Below, piece by piece: positions 25,481 through 36,043 of a DNA stretch of 64,000 bases. Origin of the DNA: Psammoneis japonica (Eukaryota); NCBI GenBank assembly GCA_008632985.1, contig QPGO01000178.1, forward strand, positions 1 to 64,000. Reading direction: 5' to 3'. The notes below the pieces were generated by a model. The model was not told the origin of the DNA. It made no database searches and saw only the letters and a program-made list of their open reading frames with translations. The translations under genes were made by a program, and so were the position numbers. The stretch's first letter is position 1. Each line of letters begins with the position of its first letter.

Positions 25481-27129
25481 ATGGCTACCGACAACAAGTA
25501 TGATCGTCAATTACGTTTATGGGGAGCCAACGGTCAGCGTTCGCTCAGTGAAACCACCGTGGTGTTGATTCGAGCCACCGCGGCGGGTACCGAGACTCTG
25601 AAAAACCTCGTTTTGCCCGGTATTGGACAATTTGTCATTTTGGATGATGCAATCATTGGAGACGAGTACAAGAGCAATTTTTTTGTCTCTCAATCATCTT
25701 CTGACGACATCAAACCAACATCATTGTTTCGCGGTCAAGTTGCCGTCGAGCTGTTGCAAGAGCTTAATCCAGATGTTCGAGGAAGTTACTACGACACCAC
25801 CACCACCAACAACAGCAATAAGTCCCTATTGGATCTCGATATGAAACAAACCCTTCAAAGTATCATGGCAAAGAATCCGAAATTGTTGGTGGTGGGTGCG
25901 GATTTGGAACCTCCGCTGTTAATCAAGGTATCTGCGGCGTGTGTCGAGCTCAAGCTACCACTTGTTGCGGTTCAGTCGTATGGATTGATTGGAACGGTAC
26001 GAGTCCAGAGCCCACCCCTCGTCTTGCTCGATCCCAAACCTGACAGTGAGGTTCCCGACTTGAGACTTGTCTCGCGATTTCCAGAGCTCTCTCAATTGGT
26101 GTCGTCCATGTGGAGTAACGAAATGACAAGTGCCGAGTATGGGCACGTGCCGTATCCAATCATTCTCATGAAGTTTATCGATGAATGGAAGGCGGCGCAC
26201 AACGGTCAGTTTCCGCAGGGACTTGAGAAAAGCAGCAATTCCAAGCACAACTAAAGCAGGCGGGGCGCAAGTTTGATCCTAATGGAGCGTTGAACTTTGA
26301 AGAAGCCAGCAGCATGGCATACTTGGCGTATACGCAGCGTGACTTTTCGGCAGAACGAATCGAGGAACTCTTGGACATTGCCAAAACACATGGACTTGAA
26401 ACGTTTCAAGTCTTGTTGGAGGCGCTTCAACAGTTTGTGGCTCGTCACAATCAAGTTCCATTGCACGGCACCATTCCCGACATGACGGCATCGACCGATC
26501 GGTACATTCAATTGCAACAAGTCTATCAGACCAAGGCCAAGCAAGATTTGGAGGAAATGCAAGGATACCTTTCTTCTTCTTCTGTTTCAAATGACGATTT
26601 GTTCAACTTTATCAAGAATATCTTTTCCTTGGACGTGCTTGTGTCTCCGCGAAACATTCAACAGGAATATGCCTTTGAGCCGACGACTGCTGACTTTGAG
26701 GAAATGGTGGGCGATTGGGCCATGGCAACCTTTGATCCCTGTGATGAGCCGCATCATACACCGCTCTTGTGGTACATGGCATTACGAGCCTGTCATGTGT
26801 TTTATACTCGTCATGGACACTACCCCGGACGACTCGGTTCGGATTACGTTAAGGACGTGGACAAGGTCCAAGCCTGCATTGTTCATGTTGCCCAAGGCAT
26901 GCAGCTATCCAACAATGATCTCGTGCAGCAAACGCTCTTGGCAAAGGAAGCAAAGTTTGCAATGGAAATGTGTCGCTATGCCAATGCACAAGTGCACGCC
27001 GTGGCTGCTGTAGTGGGCGGGGTGGCGGCGCAGGAAGCCGTCAAGGTCATTACGGGACAGTACGTTCCGTTGGACAACACCTATGTTTACAATGGAATCG
27101 CTTCGACCGGTGGAGTGTATCGCTTCTAG
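25481..27129 (+). CDS. NAE1: NEDD8-activating enzyme E1 regulatory subunit (APPBP1/AXR1/Ula1)
   Basis: KYDRQLRLWGANGQ, ETLKNLVLPGIG, HVPYPIIL, NFEEA, PLHGTIPDMTASTDRYIQLQQVY and AAQEAVKVITGQYVPLDNT; frameshift at ~26229. Confidence 0.95.
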
Positions 27130-27309
27130 AAATAGTGGGTATTGCTGTTTGATTGAGTAGTTTTAGACAACTAAGATAGACCTATAGTACAGAATACGAT
27201 AGGCGAATTTTCATCTCTACTTTCTATTCATACTTTGTCTTGCACAAACGCTCAAAAGCAGACTCTACCATGTTCCCCAGATTGCCAGCACGTCTCTTTA
27301 TATTCACTA

Positions 27310-28834
27310 CTACTTGCTGTCACTGAATCGAACAGACAGTGTGAGATTGATGTGTTCCATAATGGGATCCGTCACGGTCAATTCTTCTCCCGATTCAATC
27401 AAGGCCGACATTGGTTTGTCCAAATTGGGTTTGGTTGCCTTTTGAAGAGCCGGTGGCTTTTGCATGTACAGAGTGGTGCCCCGTCCCGACGTGATGCTGG
27501 GCGCGACGAGACGCATACTTCCGTCACACAATTGTTGAATGACTTGATTGAGCGTGGTGGTGGATGTGATTTCCATCGTCTTGACACTGGCGGTACAGAC
27601 GGGACACGTTTCGGATTGCGCATAGACAAAGGTGTGACTGTACACGCCGGTGGAACCTCGGTACATCATGTACGTATTGAGGGTTTGCGAGCAAAAGGTG
27701 AGAATCTTGACCGCCTCATTGACACAGGCTGCCGCAATAATGGCATTGGTACTGGCCACGGCGGGAATAATGTTTTTGACGACACCCATGGTGAGCATGT
27801 ACGTGACGCCCTCAATGTTGTGTTGCGTCGCACGGTCGAGCGCTCGTTCATAGACCCATTTCATGTCTTGAGGTGAGTCTGTATCCAGTTTTTTGTTTGG
27901 AAATTCCTTGGGCCACTGCAAGACATAGGCGTATGCAATACAATGTTCGGGTCTACGGGGTGTCTCGGCAATGGTACAGAGCGGAAAGGATGTTTGGGGT
28001 GGAAAGGCATCTAGAGAACACTCAAAGCAACTCGTGATGCGTGGCAAAATGACACGAGCCTGTCCCGAGAACCCCTCCGAGCCGCCGTCAATCAAGGGAA
28101 TAATGGTGGTTGGATCTGGATCACCGTCCTCATCAAAATCTACCAATCCACAAATGGTGGCATTGAGCCATCGGCGTGCTTCGACATTGTCTAGTCCAGA
28201 AATGATGCAATTGAAGCTCTTGTAAAACGCCGGTGGTTTGTCTTGAATCTTTCCAAAATGCGCCGTCACCTTCATCCACGGACACCGTTCGTTACAAAAG
28301 GCGGCAGCGACCGTTGCCTTGGGTGAACCCACGTCTTTTTGACGAAAGAGGAATTGCCGATTGAGATTGGTCACGTCAATGGTATCTAAATCAATCACGT
28401 CGACCTGCGAAATACCCGACATGGCCAAGTTCTTCAATAATTCACAACCCAAACCACCGGCGCCCACCACCAAGACGCGAAACTCGCTCAATGCAGCGTC
28501 AGTATTGGGCTCGAATTCACCAATCGGTAAGGCTCCCTCTTCGTTTGCAAACGGAGACGGACGGCTCAACAGCGTCTCAAGAGTCCCGCGACACGATGGA
28601 CTATCGGATTGAGCTGCAACGACACCGTTGCTTTCGTCAATATCCTAAAACATACGTATATAATCAAAGACATTTCAGATTGATCAGAACAAGTAGATCA
28701 TCACTACTGAGTCAATCACGTCCAATATTAAAGCATAGACTTACCATGGCATCGTCGCTGCTAGGATCACGCTGAATCGACATGCCCACGTCGTCATCTT
28801 CTTTACTCATTTCGTCAGCCGAACGCTTCCCCAT
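27310..28834 (-). CDS. UBA3: NEDD8-activating enzyme E1 catalytic subunit
   Basis: VLVVGAGGLGCELLKNL, TNLNRQFLFR, catalytic FPLCTIAETPRRPEHC and GVVKNIIPAVASTNA; intron 28645-28744. Confidence 0.96.
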
Positions 28835-29221
28835 GGAATCCTGAATCATTTCGAGAGAGAAGAAACTTTAAATATGCCGTTTATAAGGTGTTGCGCAGCG
28901 TATAGTGCAAGAAAGAGACGACGACAACAACAACAACAGCGGGAACGCAATGGTGTTGCAGGTTATATTGAGTTGTGGGTTGTGGCAGTTTCGTCGTGTT
29001 GAAAAGATCGTGAAGGATTTGAGACCTCGGACCTCGCAACCGGGTGGCGTGTTCCTTCTTGTGCGCAAGCCCACTCCCTCGGATCGTAACATATTTCAAC
29101 TGGCGCACAGAGAGATTTCTACGTGATTTCTACGTACCTCGTACGAATCACGTAGCCGTAATAGCACAAAACGTCTGGCCTCCACCCCAATCCTATGCCG
29201 GTAACACTCCACACTCCCGCC

Positions 29222-31433
29222 CACCCCTGTGGTATGAATAGGGGAGCTGTGTGTGTGCGTGGTTGTGCGCGCACGGCTTCGCCGTGCGTTGAGTTTTAAT
29301 GTTAATATCCACACGAATGTGTATATTCCATAAGTAAAAATTCCTATTCCACAGCTCCCCTAAAACTCTAACCACCAAAAACCGAGGGGTCGGAAGCGCA
29401 CTTTCGGGAGCTCTTTTTCTCCGCACAAAAAACACGCGTTTCGTCGACTCGACCATGATGATGCCTCGTGGTTCTTCCCCATCGCCTTCCCAGGACGCCG
29501 ATCCTGCTGACACCGTTGCTGGTGACACTGATGCAACAGGCAATGTCATCATTCCGGTTCTCGTGGGTGTGACACGTACAAAATAAGATGCTGCAAACTC
29601 ACACTGTTGTTTGCACGCTCCACCGCCTCCCACAGATGCTGTCACGAATTCCAACGCCGCACCTGCGTTTCGGGCCCCTGGCATGCCCGATGCTGTTGCT
29701 CCTGCCCTTGCTGCCGCAGGCACTGTTGACACTGTCATTGCATTTTGCCAATGACGTCCACAATGAAATGCCAATGACTCACACTTCTTTCATTCTCGCC
29801 CCACCGCCTCCCACAGATGCCATCACGAATTCCAACGCTGTGCCTGCGTTTCGCCCCCCTGGCATGCCCGATGCTGTTGCTCCTGCCCTTGCTGCCGCAG
29901 GTGCTGTTGATGCTGTCATTGTCTTTTGCCAATGACGTCCACAATGAAATGCTTGTAACTCACACTTCTTTCATTCTCGCCCCACCGCCTCCCACAGATG
30001 CCATCATGAATTCCAACGCCGTGCCTGCGTTTCGGCCCCCTGGCATGCCCGACACTGTCAATCCTGCCCTCACTGCTGCAGTTGCTGTTGACACTGTTGT
30101 TGTTTTTGCTTTGGAAGGAACACAATGGATGACGGATGACGGCGGACCAGGAAACCCACGCAACCACGGCCTGCTGATGGACGACACATCAATGGACATG
30201 AATGGGTGGTTGGCTCTCGAGTGCAGTCCAATCTTCAGAACACACAGACACATTGTGCAGCTCTCTGTGGGTTAGAAACCTGATGACAATTAGATGGCAG
30301 GCATGCTTTCACAGTTTTTTAGTTTCAAGTTGGAGAGGTCAGCAAATTGGCATTTGTTTGCAGGTGACTTGGCAAGGTTTCAAATGGTGCATGTGACTTG
30401 GACACTGCTCCATTTTCCAGGACTGGGTCATCATGTGCAATTCCATGAGAGGCCACTCTCGCCGTTTGAACTCCACATGTGATGCACAACATGCTGTTTT
30501 TGCACGTTGCTAAAATGGAGGCAGGCAGCAACGTGCTTTTGGCAAATGCTCACCATGTTTGTCACCATTGGACCTTCAAAACCAGTGCCTTGTCGACAGC
30601 CATGCTGCCACTTTGCATGCCGGCACCTTCTCTGCCCGTGTTCCATTGGCTGCGTCCTCCTTCACATGTTGCTGCGGTTCATCTTGACACTTGTTGTTGG
30701 CTCCGATTGGTTCCGCTGGGCTCTGGGTGAGTCTCAATCACCTTCAGACAGACAAGGTTCTGCTTGGGAACAATCATCCCGAGAAAGGTTGTCACCACAC
30801 CTCCTGTCATGGATGCTCCTCTGCCACGCCCACTGAACCTTGACGTCGGTTTGTTGCTTTTGTTTTTTGACCTGGTTTCGGAGCTGCACCCCAGACCGTT
30901 TGAGAGAAGGCTCATCAGTGCCTTCCACAACACGGCGACACGAACGAGAATCCATTTCTCTGGGGACGCAATGACAGGAGCAGACCAATCACGGCACTGT
31001 GTTTGTGTTTCAGGCACAGGATCCGGCGAACAGAAGCCCAAATCCTCCGGATGGCAAATCGGCTGTGTTTGGGTAACGACAGCGGGTGCAACGGTGCCGG
31101 CCAACACAGGAGGGACTGCCGCATCAGACATGGCAGGCGGGGATGCGTCATGTGGTGTGGGGGACGAAGAACGGGAGGTCGTCATGGTCGAGTCGACGAA
31201 ACGCGTGTTTTTTGTGCGGAGAAAAAGAGCTCCCAAAAGTGCGCTTCCACCCCTCGGTTTTTGGTGGTTAGAGTTTTAGGGGAGAACATGGTTCAGGATT
31301 TTTCCTGCTACTGTCAGCATTTGTGTACAAATGCATAAATAAATGTGAGGACATTTATATAAAAATATAATGAATAAGATATAAACTGCCACGTAACCAT
31401 GACATCACCATATTCTCCCCTACCACAGGGGTG
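29222..31433. mobile_element. Nested MULE-like element with long interrupted TIRs and 9-bp TSD
   Basis: TSD actcccgcc at 29213-29221 and 31434-31442; the empty site is visible in the second copy (50293-50301). Terminal IR cacccctgtggta; inner ~105-bp IR 29355-29458 vs 31182-31284; an ATG at the inner edge of each TIR. Confidence 0.92.
29596..30105. repeat. 181-bp tandem repeat, ~2.8 units, inside the nested element
   Basis: caccgcctcccacagatgc at 29621, 29802 and 29983. Confidence 0.95.
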
Positions 31434-31754
31434 ACTCCCGCCTATTTATTGTACCGGCCGGTACCAAGAGGTTCGATTCTCTCATGCTTTTGAACTTCAT
31501 TCAGCACCCCGTCTACTCACCACCAGTCCAAAACAACACGAGTGCATCTCTTTCAACTGGAAAGTTGATTGACAGAAGAGTGAAGAAAGATCTCTTTCAG
31601 AACTTTTACTCTCTTGACTGTACCAGCATAATGTAAGTGTGACGAATCGGGAAACTCGGGTCGAGTCGTCGACACGGCCGGATTGAAGTCAAAAGGAGGT
31701 CCGCAGGAAAACAAAACAAATAAAGAGCTAAGAGAGTTATAATAAGACTGTGAA

Positions 31755-32180
31755 AAGATGCCAGCTCGATTCCCAGATAAAGGTGACTCGATGCAAAAAA
31801 TCGATACTACTCATTGCATGGAGTGATCTGAGTAACAAACCCCGGCCAATCGCACGATACTTTGCACCTCGGGCAAGAATAAAGCCCACCCAACAGTATC
31901 TGAATAAATCCCATAGGAGTGATGTTTCTGTCACCAATCTTCTCCAAATCAAACATTGCCAGCATAACCACGTACACGTCCTTTTCCCACCTGCAAATGC
32001 TCCTTGAAACCAACTGATCCACCACGAATGACGTTGTTGTAACCTGCAAAGATGTCCTCCAAGAGATTGATATCTTTCGACCTCCTAATGATACCAAGTT
32101 TTCTGGGTTGTCAAATAGATCAGGGTGTCCATAATGTCATCGGATGCAGAGAGGTCTTCAAGGAATTTCTTGCAAGGCCA
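31755..32180 (-). pseudogene. Captured, internally deleted fragments of 1,3-beta-glucan synthase (GT48, FKS/callose synthase family)
   Basis: PLCIR*HYGHPDLFD, SKDINLLEDIFAGYNNVIRGGSVGFKEHLQVGKGR, GAKYRAIGRG and YRFFASSHLYLGIEL match GT48 hallmark motifs, with stops, frameshifts and deletions. Confidence 0.88.
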
Positions 32181-33009
32181 CCTAGCTTGCCAGAGAACTC
32201 ACACACCGTGTTTTAATACATGATCCATGAACACCACTGTTTGTATCATCAACATATTCCATAAAGTAAATCATGAGGCCCTTTCGTGGGGAAGAATCTG
32301 CGTGCGGACCGAGAAACAAACAGAATAAGTGCCGGACCGCTGTCGTCTGTTGGAAACACACCAACCACGAGCCGCGACGTCCAGAGCTCGTCTCAAACAC
32401 TCCAAAGGTGCCATACACATCAGCGCCTTTTATCTATATTTATTATGAAACGAATGAGGCATAGGTAAAGGGATGAGAGGAGGGAAATAATAACAAACTC
32501 GACGAAACATACCGGAACGACGACAACAGCGGCAGACTCATACACCGAAGGAATCGAAATCGATATTCTTGCGCGGAGTGGCACTTGTCAAAATTCAGCC
32601 AACACGTAATGGTGCTATAGACAAATGTCGACAATATCCTGAGTGACTCACCTCGTGAAAACAGGTGACAACGACGGTGGACGCGAAACAAATTCGCCAT
32701 GGTGGCTACGCAAATTCTGCGTAGAATTTTTCGTTTTTGTACCAGGAACCAAAAAAATCGCACGTTGCGATTTTTTTAAGCTGTGCCAGTTAGCCTGGTA
32801 CAGCGTTATGTTACGATCCGTGGGAGGTCTTCTCTGTCTTCTTCCGTACCACTTACAGACCTCCCAGTTGGGAGTGGCGCAAGCCACAAGCGAGCCTTCG
32901 TCTTGAGCTGGTCGAGTGACACAACATGGGCTCAATCACCCCGAAAGCAGCCATCAGCGCTCAGACGAGGAAACGGCTTACAATTCCAAGACATTTAATG
33001 AGACTGGTG

Positions 33010-34400
33010 TGGCAGCACGTCGTCTCGATTTAGAGTGGCTGCGAGAGTTGTGACCTCCTGTGATGAGACCTTGCTGGGCACAGAACAGAAACCATGAGAG
33101 AAGGTTTCTCAGGTGGTGGGACCACTTTGTTGACATGTGTCATCTCCAAAGTGCGCTGGCGCGTGTCTTTTGTTCTCAACCAACACCTGTGAGTTGTGTC
33201 ACTTCAAGAGCTTCGCAGTCACAGACAACGCTGTGCTCTCAAAGTCAAAAAAGCCTTCAGCACTTTTGGGGGAAGCAGCAGCAGCAGCAGCATCCACATT
33301 GCATTCAAACAGGGCACTGTGGTCCTTGACAGAGCTCAAAGGTGCACGTCCAGACCCCTCGACCCACCAATGTCATTCAGAAAAGGTTGCTGGGCTGGGG
33401 CAGCTGCAACACCAAAGTTCTTGTGAAGAGCTTGTTGCACATTGTCAGCGACTTGACAGCAGTGGATTTCCTTGGGAGTCAGCAGAGCAGGTGCCAGGGC
33501 ACTGCAGTTGGCTTCAATCACCTCGCAAACTGCCTTGTTGTCATGATGATGATGGCTTCCAGAGCAGTTGGGAGCTCGGGATGAGCAAAGCTTGCCAGCA
33601 CAAATGACTTGAGCTTGACAAAGCCACTGGCAGGTCCAAAATGGTCATCAGCACATGAGGACACAGCACTGAGACATGAAGAGCAGAGCATGGTGTGAGA
33701 GTTTGCATGAGACAAACAGATGTCTTGTGTGCTGAACACAGCAAGCTGGCATGCTGGCCGGATGTTCCAGCATCTTGACTGTGATGGAAGTCATCATGGG
33801 GAGCCACCTTGTTGGCAGCAATGGCTGTCCAACCATGGGCCTGTGGGCAGCATCACTAAAAAACAATGGAGCCACATGCTTTTTGCAAGCTGAGCGAACC
33901 TCAAAAGCAGAAAATCTGGTCTTGATGGACTGAGCCAGCTGAGGTTTTGCAACCATGATGGTGAAAGAGATCAAAGTGGGTCTTGCCTGATGGAGCTGAG
34001 CGAGGTGAGACCAAGTCTCATGCCAACAGGCAAGACAAGCTGGAGCGAGCCAGAGAAAGTCAATGTCATGTGCAAAGAGATGTTCCAGACATTGTGAGAG
34101 GATTAGAGCTGGTCTCTGATCTGAAATGGTGATCAACCGTGTCAACACCCAGCCCATTCCTCAAGATAAAGTTCAGTCATGGTTTCCTGGATGAAAACAA
34201 TGTTTGGTCAAGAGGTTTGATGTGGAGCAAGGGAATGATCATTCCCTGTCAGAAAATGAGTGCAAGGATGGTCATTTTGGTGATGGTGTTGAGTTTGGCA
34301 GCTGTGTGTTGGATGCAAAGCATGGCAAATGGCAAAGTTGATCCCCAACGGCAGTCATGGTGTTGCATGACTGAACATTGTGGTTTTTGAACAAGCAAGG
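33010..34400. other. TpA-depleted degenerate block D, origin not recognised
   Basis: TA nearly absent (survivors ctaa, ttag, one ataa); Tyr-free ORF fragments. Confidence 0.8.
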
Positions 34401-34601
34401 ACATGTAATGTGATCGCAGCAATGAGCCGCAGAAGCTAATGATTGCTGTGATCTCTCCCTCTTCATCATGTCATGATGAAGTTGAAATCCTACAACCGTT
34501 ACTACACCTTCCGTTAAAATCCGGCCTAAATACTTTAATTCAAAGGTCTTAGTCGTAGAACACATCATGACATCTTTCCGCACTGAAATTCGCCCTCTGT
34601 G

Positions 34602-36043
34602 TTATTCACGAGCAAGAATCCGTGCGAAATTATTGACACTACTTCTATGCACCGACTGGTAATCCTCAGGATCAGCCTTCTTGAAATGAAAATACTCGGA
34701 GAGACGATAGGCAAGTTCGTAGAAGTGCTCCTCACTTTGATGGTACGTCAAGTATTTATCATAGAAAGCTCGACCGTTGTCCGCGATTTCCTTGACCTTT
34801 TCTGGATTGTCTCGGACCCAAAGGAGTACCTCCTCCAAATCATGTAGATCTTCTGAAAGCGGTATGTAGTGTACATATGGTTTCAAATATGGAGTGTACC
34901 ACAGCACTTTTCCATAATCTTGCAGCACTACGGCAGTCCTTGTCATCAAGTGATCTTGCAAACGAAATGCTGCTCCAATTCCCCTCAGCACCAGCGCCAC
35001 CTGATAATTGCTGTAATACTCATTTTTTCTGATACTATCAGCAGTAGCAAGGTGAGAAATGCTGTCATTGTGTTCCTTGCAATCAAATGAGCCTCCAGAA
35101 CTAAACTTGGCGTCCAAGAGATCAGGGTGGTTGTAAGAAAAGTCAACGGCACGGAAACGCTCTGGTAGTTCGGCCAGGATTTGTTCAGAAGTTGCATTCG
35201 GATCGTTGCAAAGTTGATCCAGTCGATTTCCGGATATTCGCCAAGCCGATCCTCGAAAGACTGGCGTCGAACTGCGCTCCTGCCACGGTTTATCGCATAG
35301 AATATCGAAGTGCGCCACTCCGCGCTGTCATGATATTGATTGTATCTTTTATTCATTTGTTCCATTGCACATGAATCGGTCATTCCATGCTTTCCTCCGG
35401 GGCTGGAGCTGACGAAGCAAGCTGAGTTCGCTTTTTCTTCCGAAGTTTCATCTCCAATTTCGAATCCAATGGTCACATTGTAAGCCATAACTCTCGACTG
35501 AAAGATGTGAGTCATGAAGTCGCAACGAATCTTCGTCGGGTTACTGTCATCGGAGCATTCGACTACTGGTGTGCTGTATGGGGTTGGGACAATGACCGAC
35601 AGGGAGTAGAAACAGTCTGTTGGATTCCAGCTCATGTTCCAACTACCGATAATGCCAAGGACGCGGTTGGTAAATCTCGTTCTCGGAAAATTCGACCACG
35701 AAGGTAGGAATTCACCTTTGTAGCTAGAAGATGTATCAATCAGGCTAAGCGAATTCACACCATCTGTCACATTCCCTTTTGCAGTGATGTTGGCGCTTTT
35801 GCTCTCGAGTGTAGTGTTTCCTGTGAAGATTTTTTTGACTTGCGGCAGTTTCTTCTCATTTCCCATCATCACCAGCATAGTCATGAACAAGGTAGAAAGC
35901 AGAAGATAAACAAACGCAAGCCTTACGCCAAATTTGCGACGATGCCGTGGCTGCGCAGCTTGTTGGGTTTCGTTTCCAACTTTTTCCTCCTCCTCCTCCT
36001 CCTCAGTCTTGACAAGGGCACGACACTCTTCCAATTTCAGCAT
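34602..36043 (-). CDS. Glycosyltransferase family 90 (CAP10/KDELC-like), type II membrane protein
   Basis: N-terminal TM helix; PWQERSSTPVFRG and LKPYVHYIPLSEDLHDLEEVLLWVRDNPEKVKEIADNGRAF; frameshift at ~35316; start uncertain. Confidence 0.85.

Larger units (their letters stand above)
29072..32876. mobile_element. Non-autonomous Pack-MULE-like DNA element (9-bp TSD) carrying glucan-synthase fragments
   Basis: Perfect TSD gcgcaagcc at 29063-29071 and 32877-32885; ends cactccc / gggagtg; inner inverted match cggatcgtaacata (29080) vs tatgttacgatccg (~32807). A second copy starts at the same base at 50152. Superfamily inferred from the TSD length. Confidence 0.85.

Noticed and set aside
31434..32632. 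Classical fungal RIP (CpA->TpA) acting on copy 1
   Set aside because: The TA-bearing copy matches the conserved GT48 tyrosines and has ordinary composition, so the TG/CA copy is the derived one.
12134..35320. Programmed frameshifting or pseudogenisation of the 5'-nucleotidase, DNMT3-like, band 7, NAE1 and GT90 genes
   Set aside because: Each break is repaired by adding one base in or beside a short homopolymer (~12679, 13604, 21593, 22776, 24916, 26229, 35316), with conserved sequence on both sides; typical long-read consensus error.
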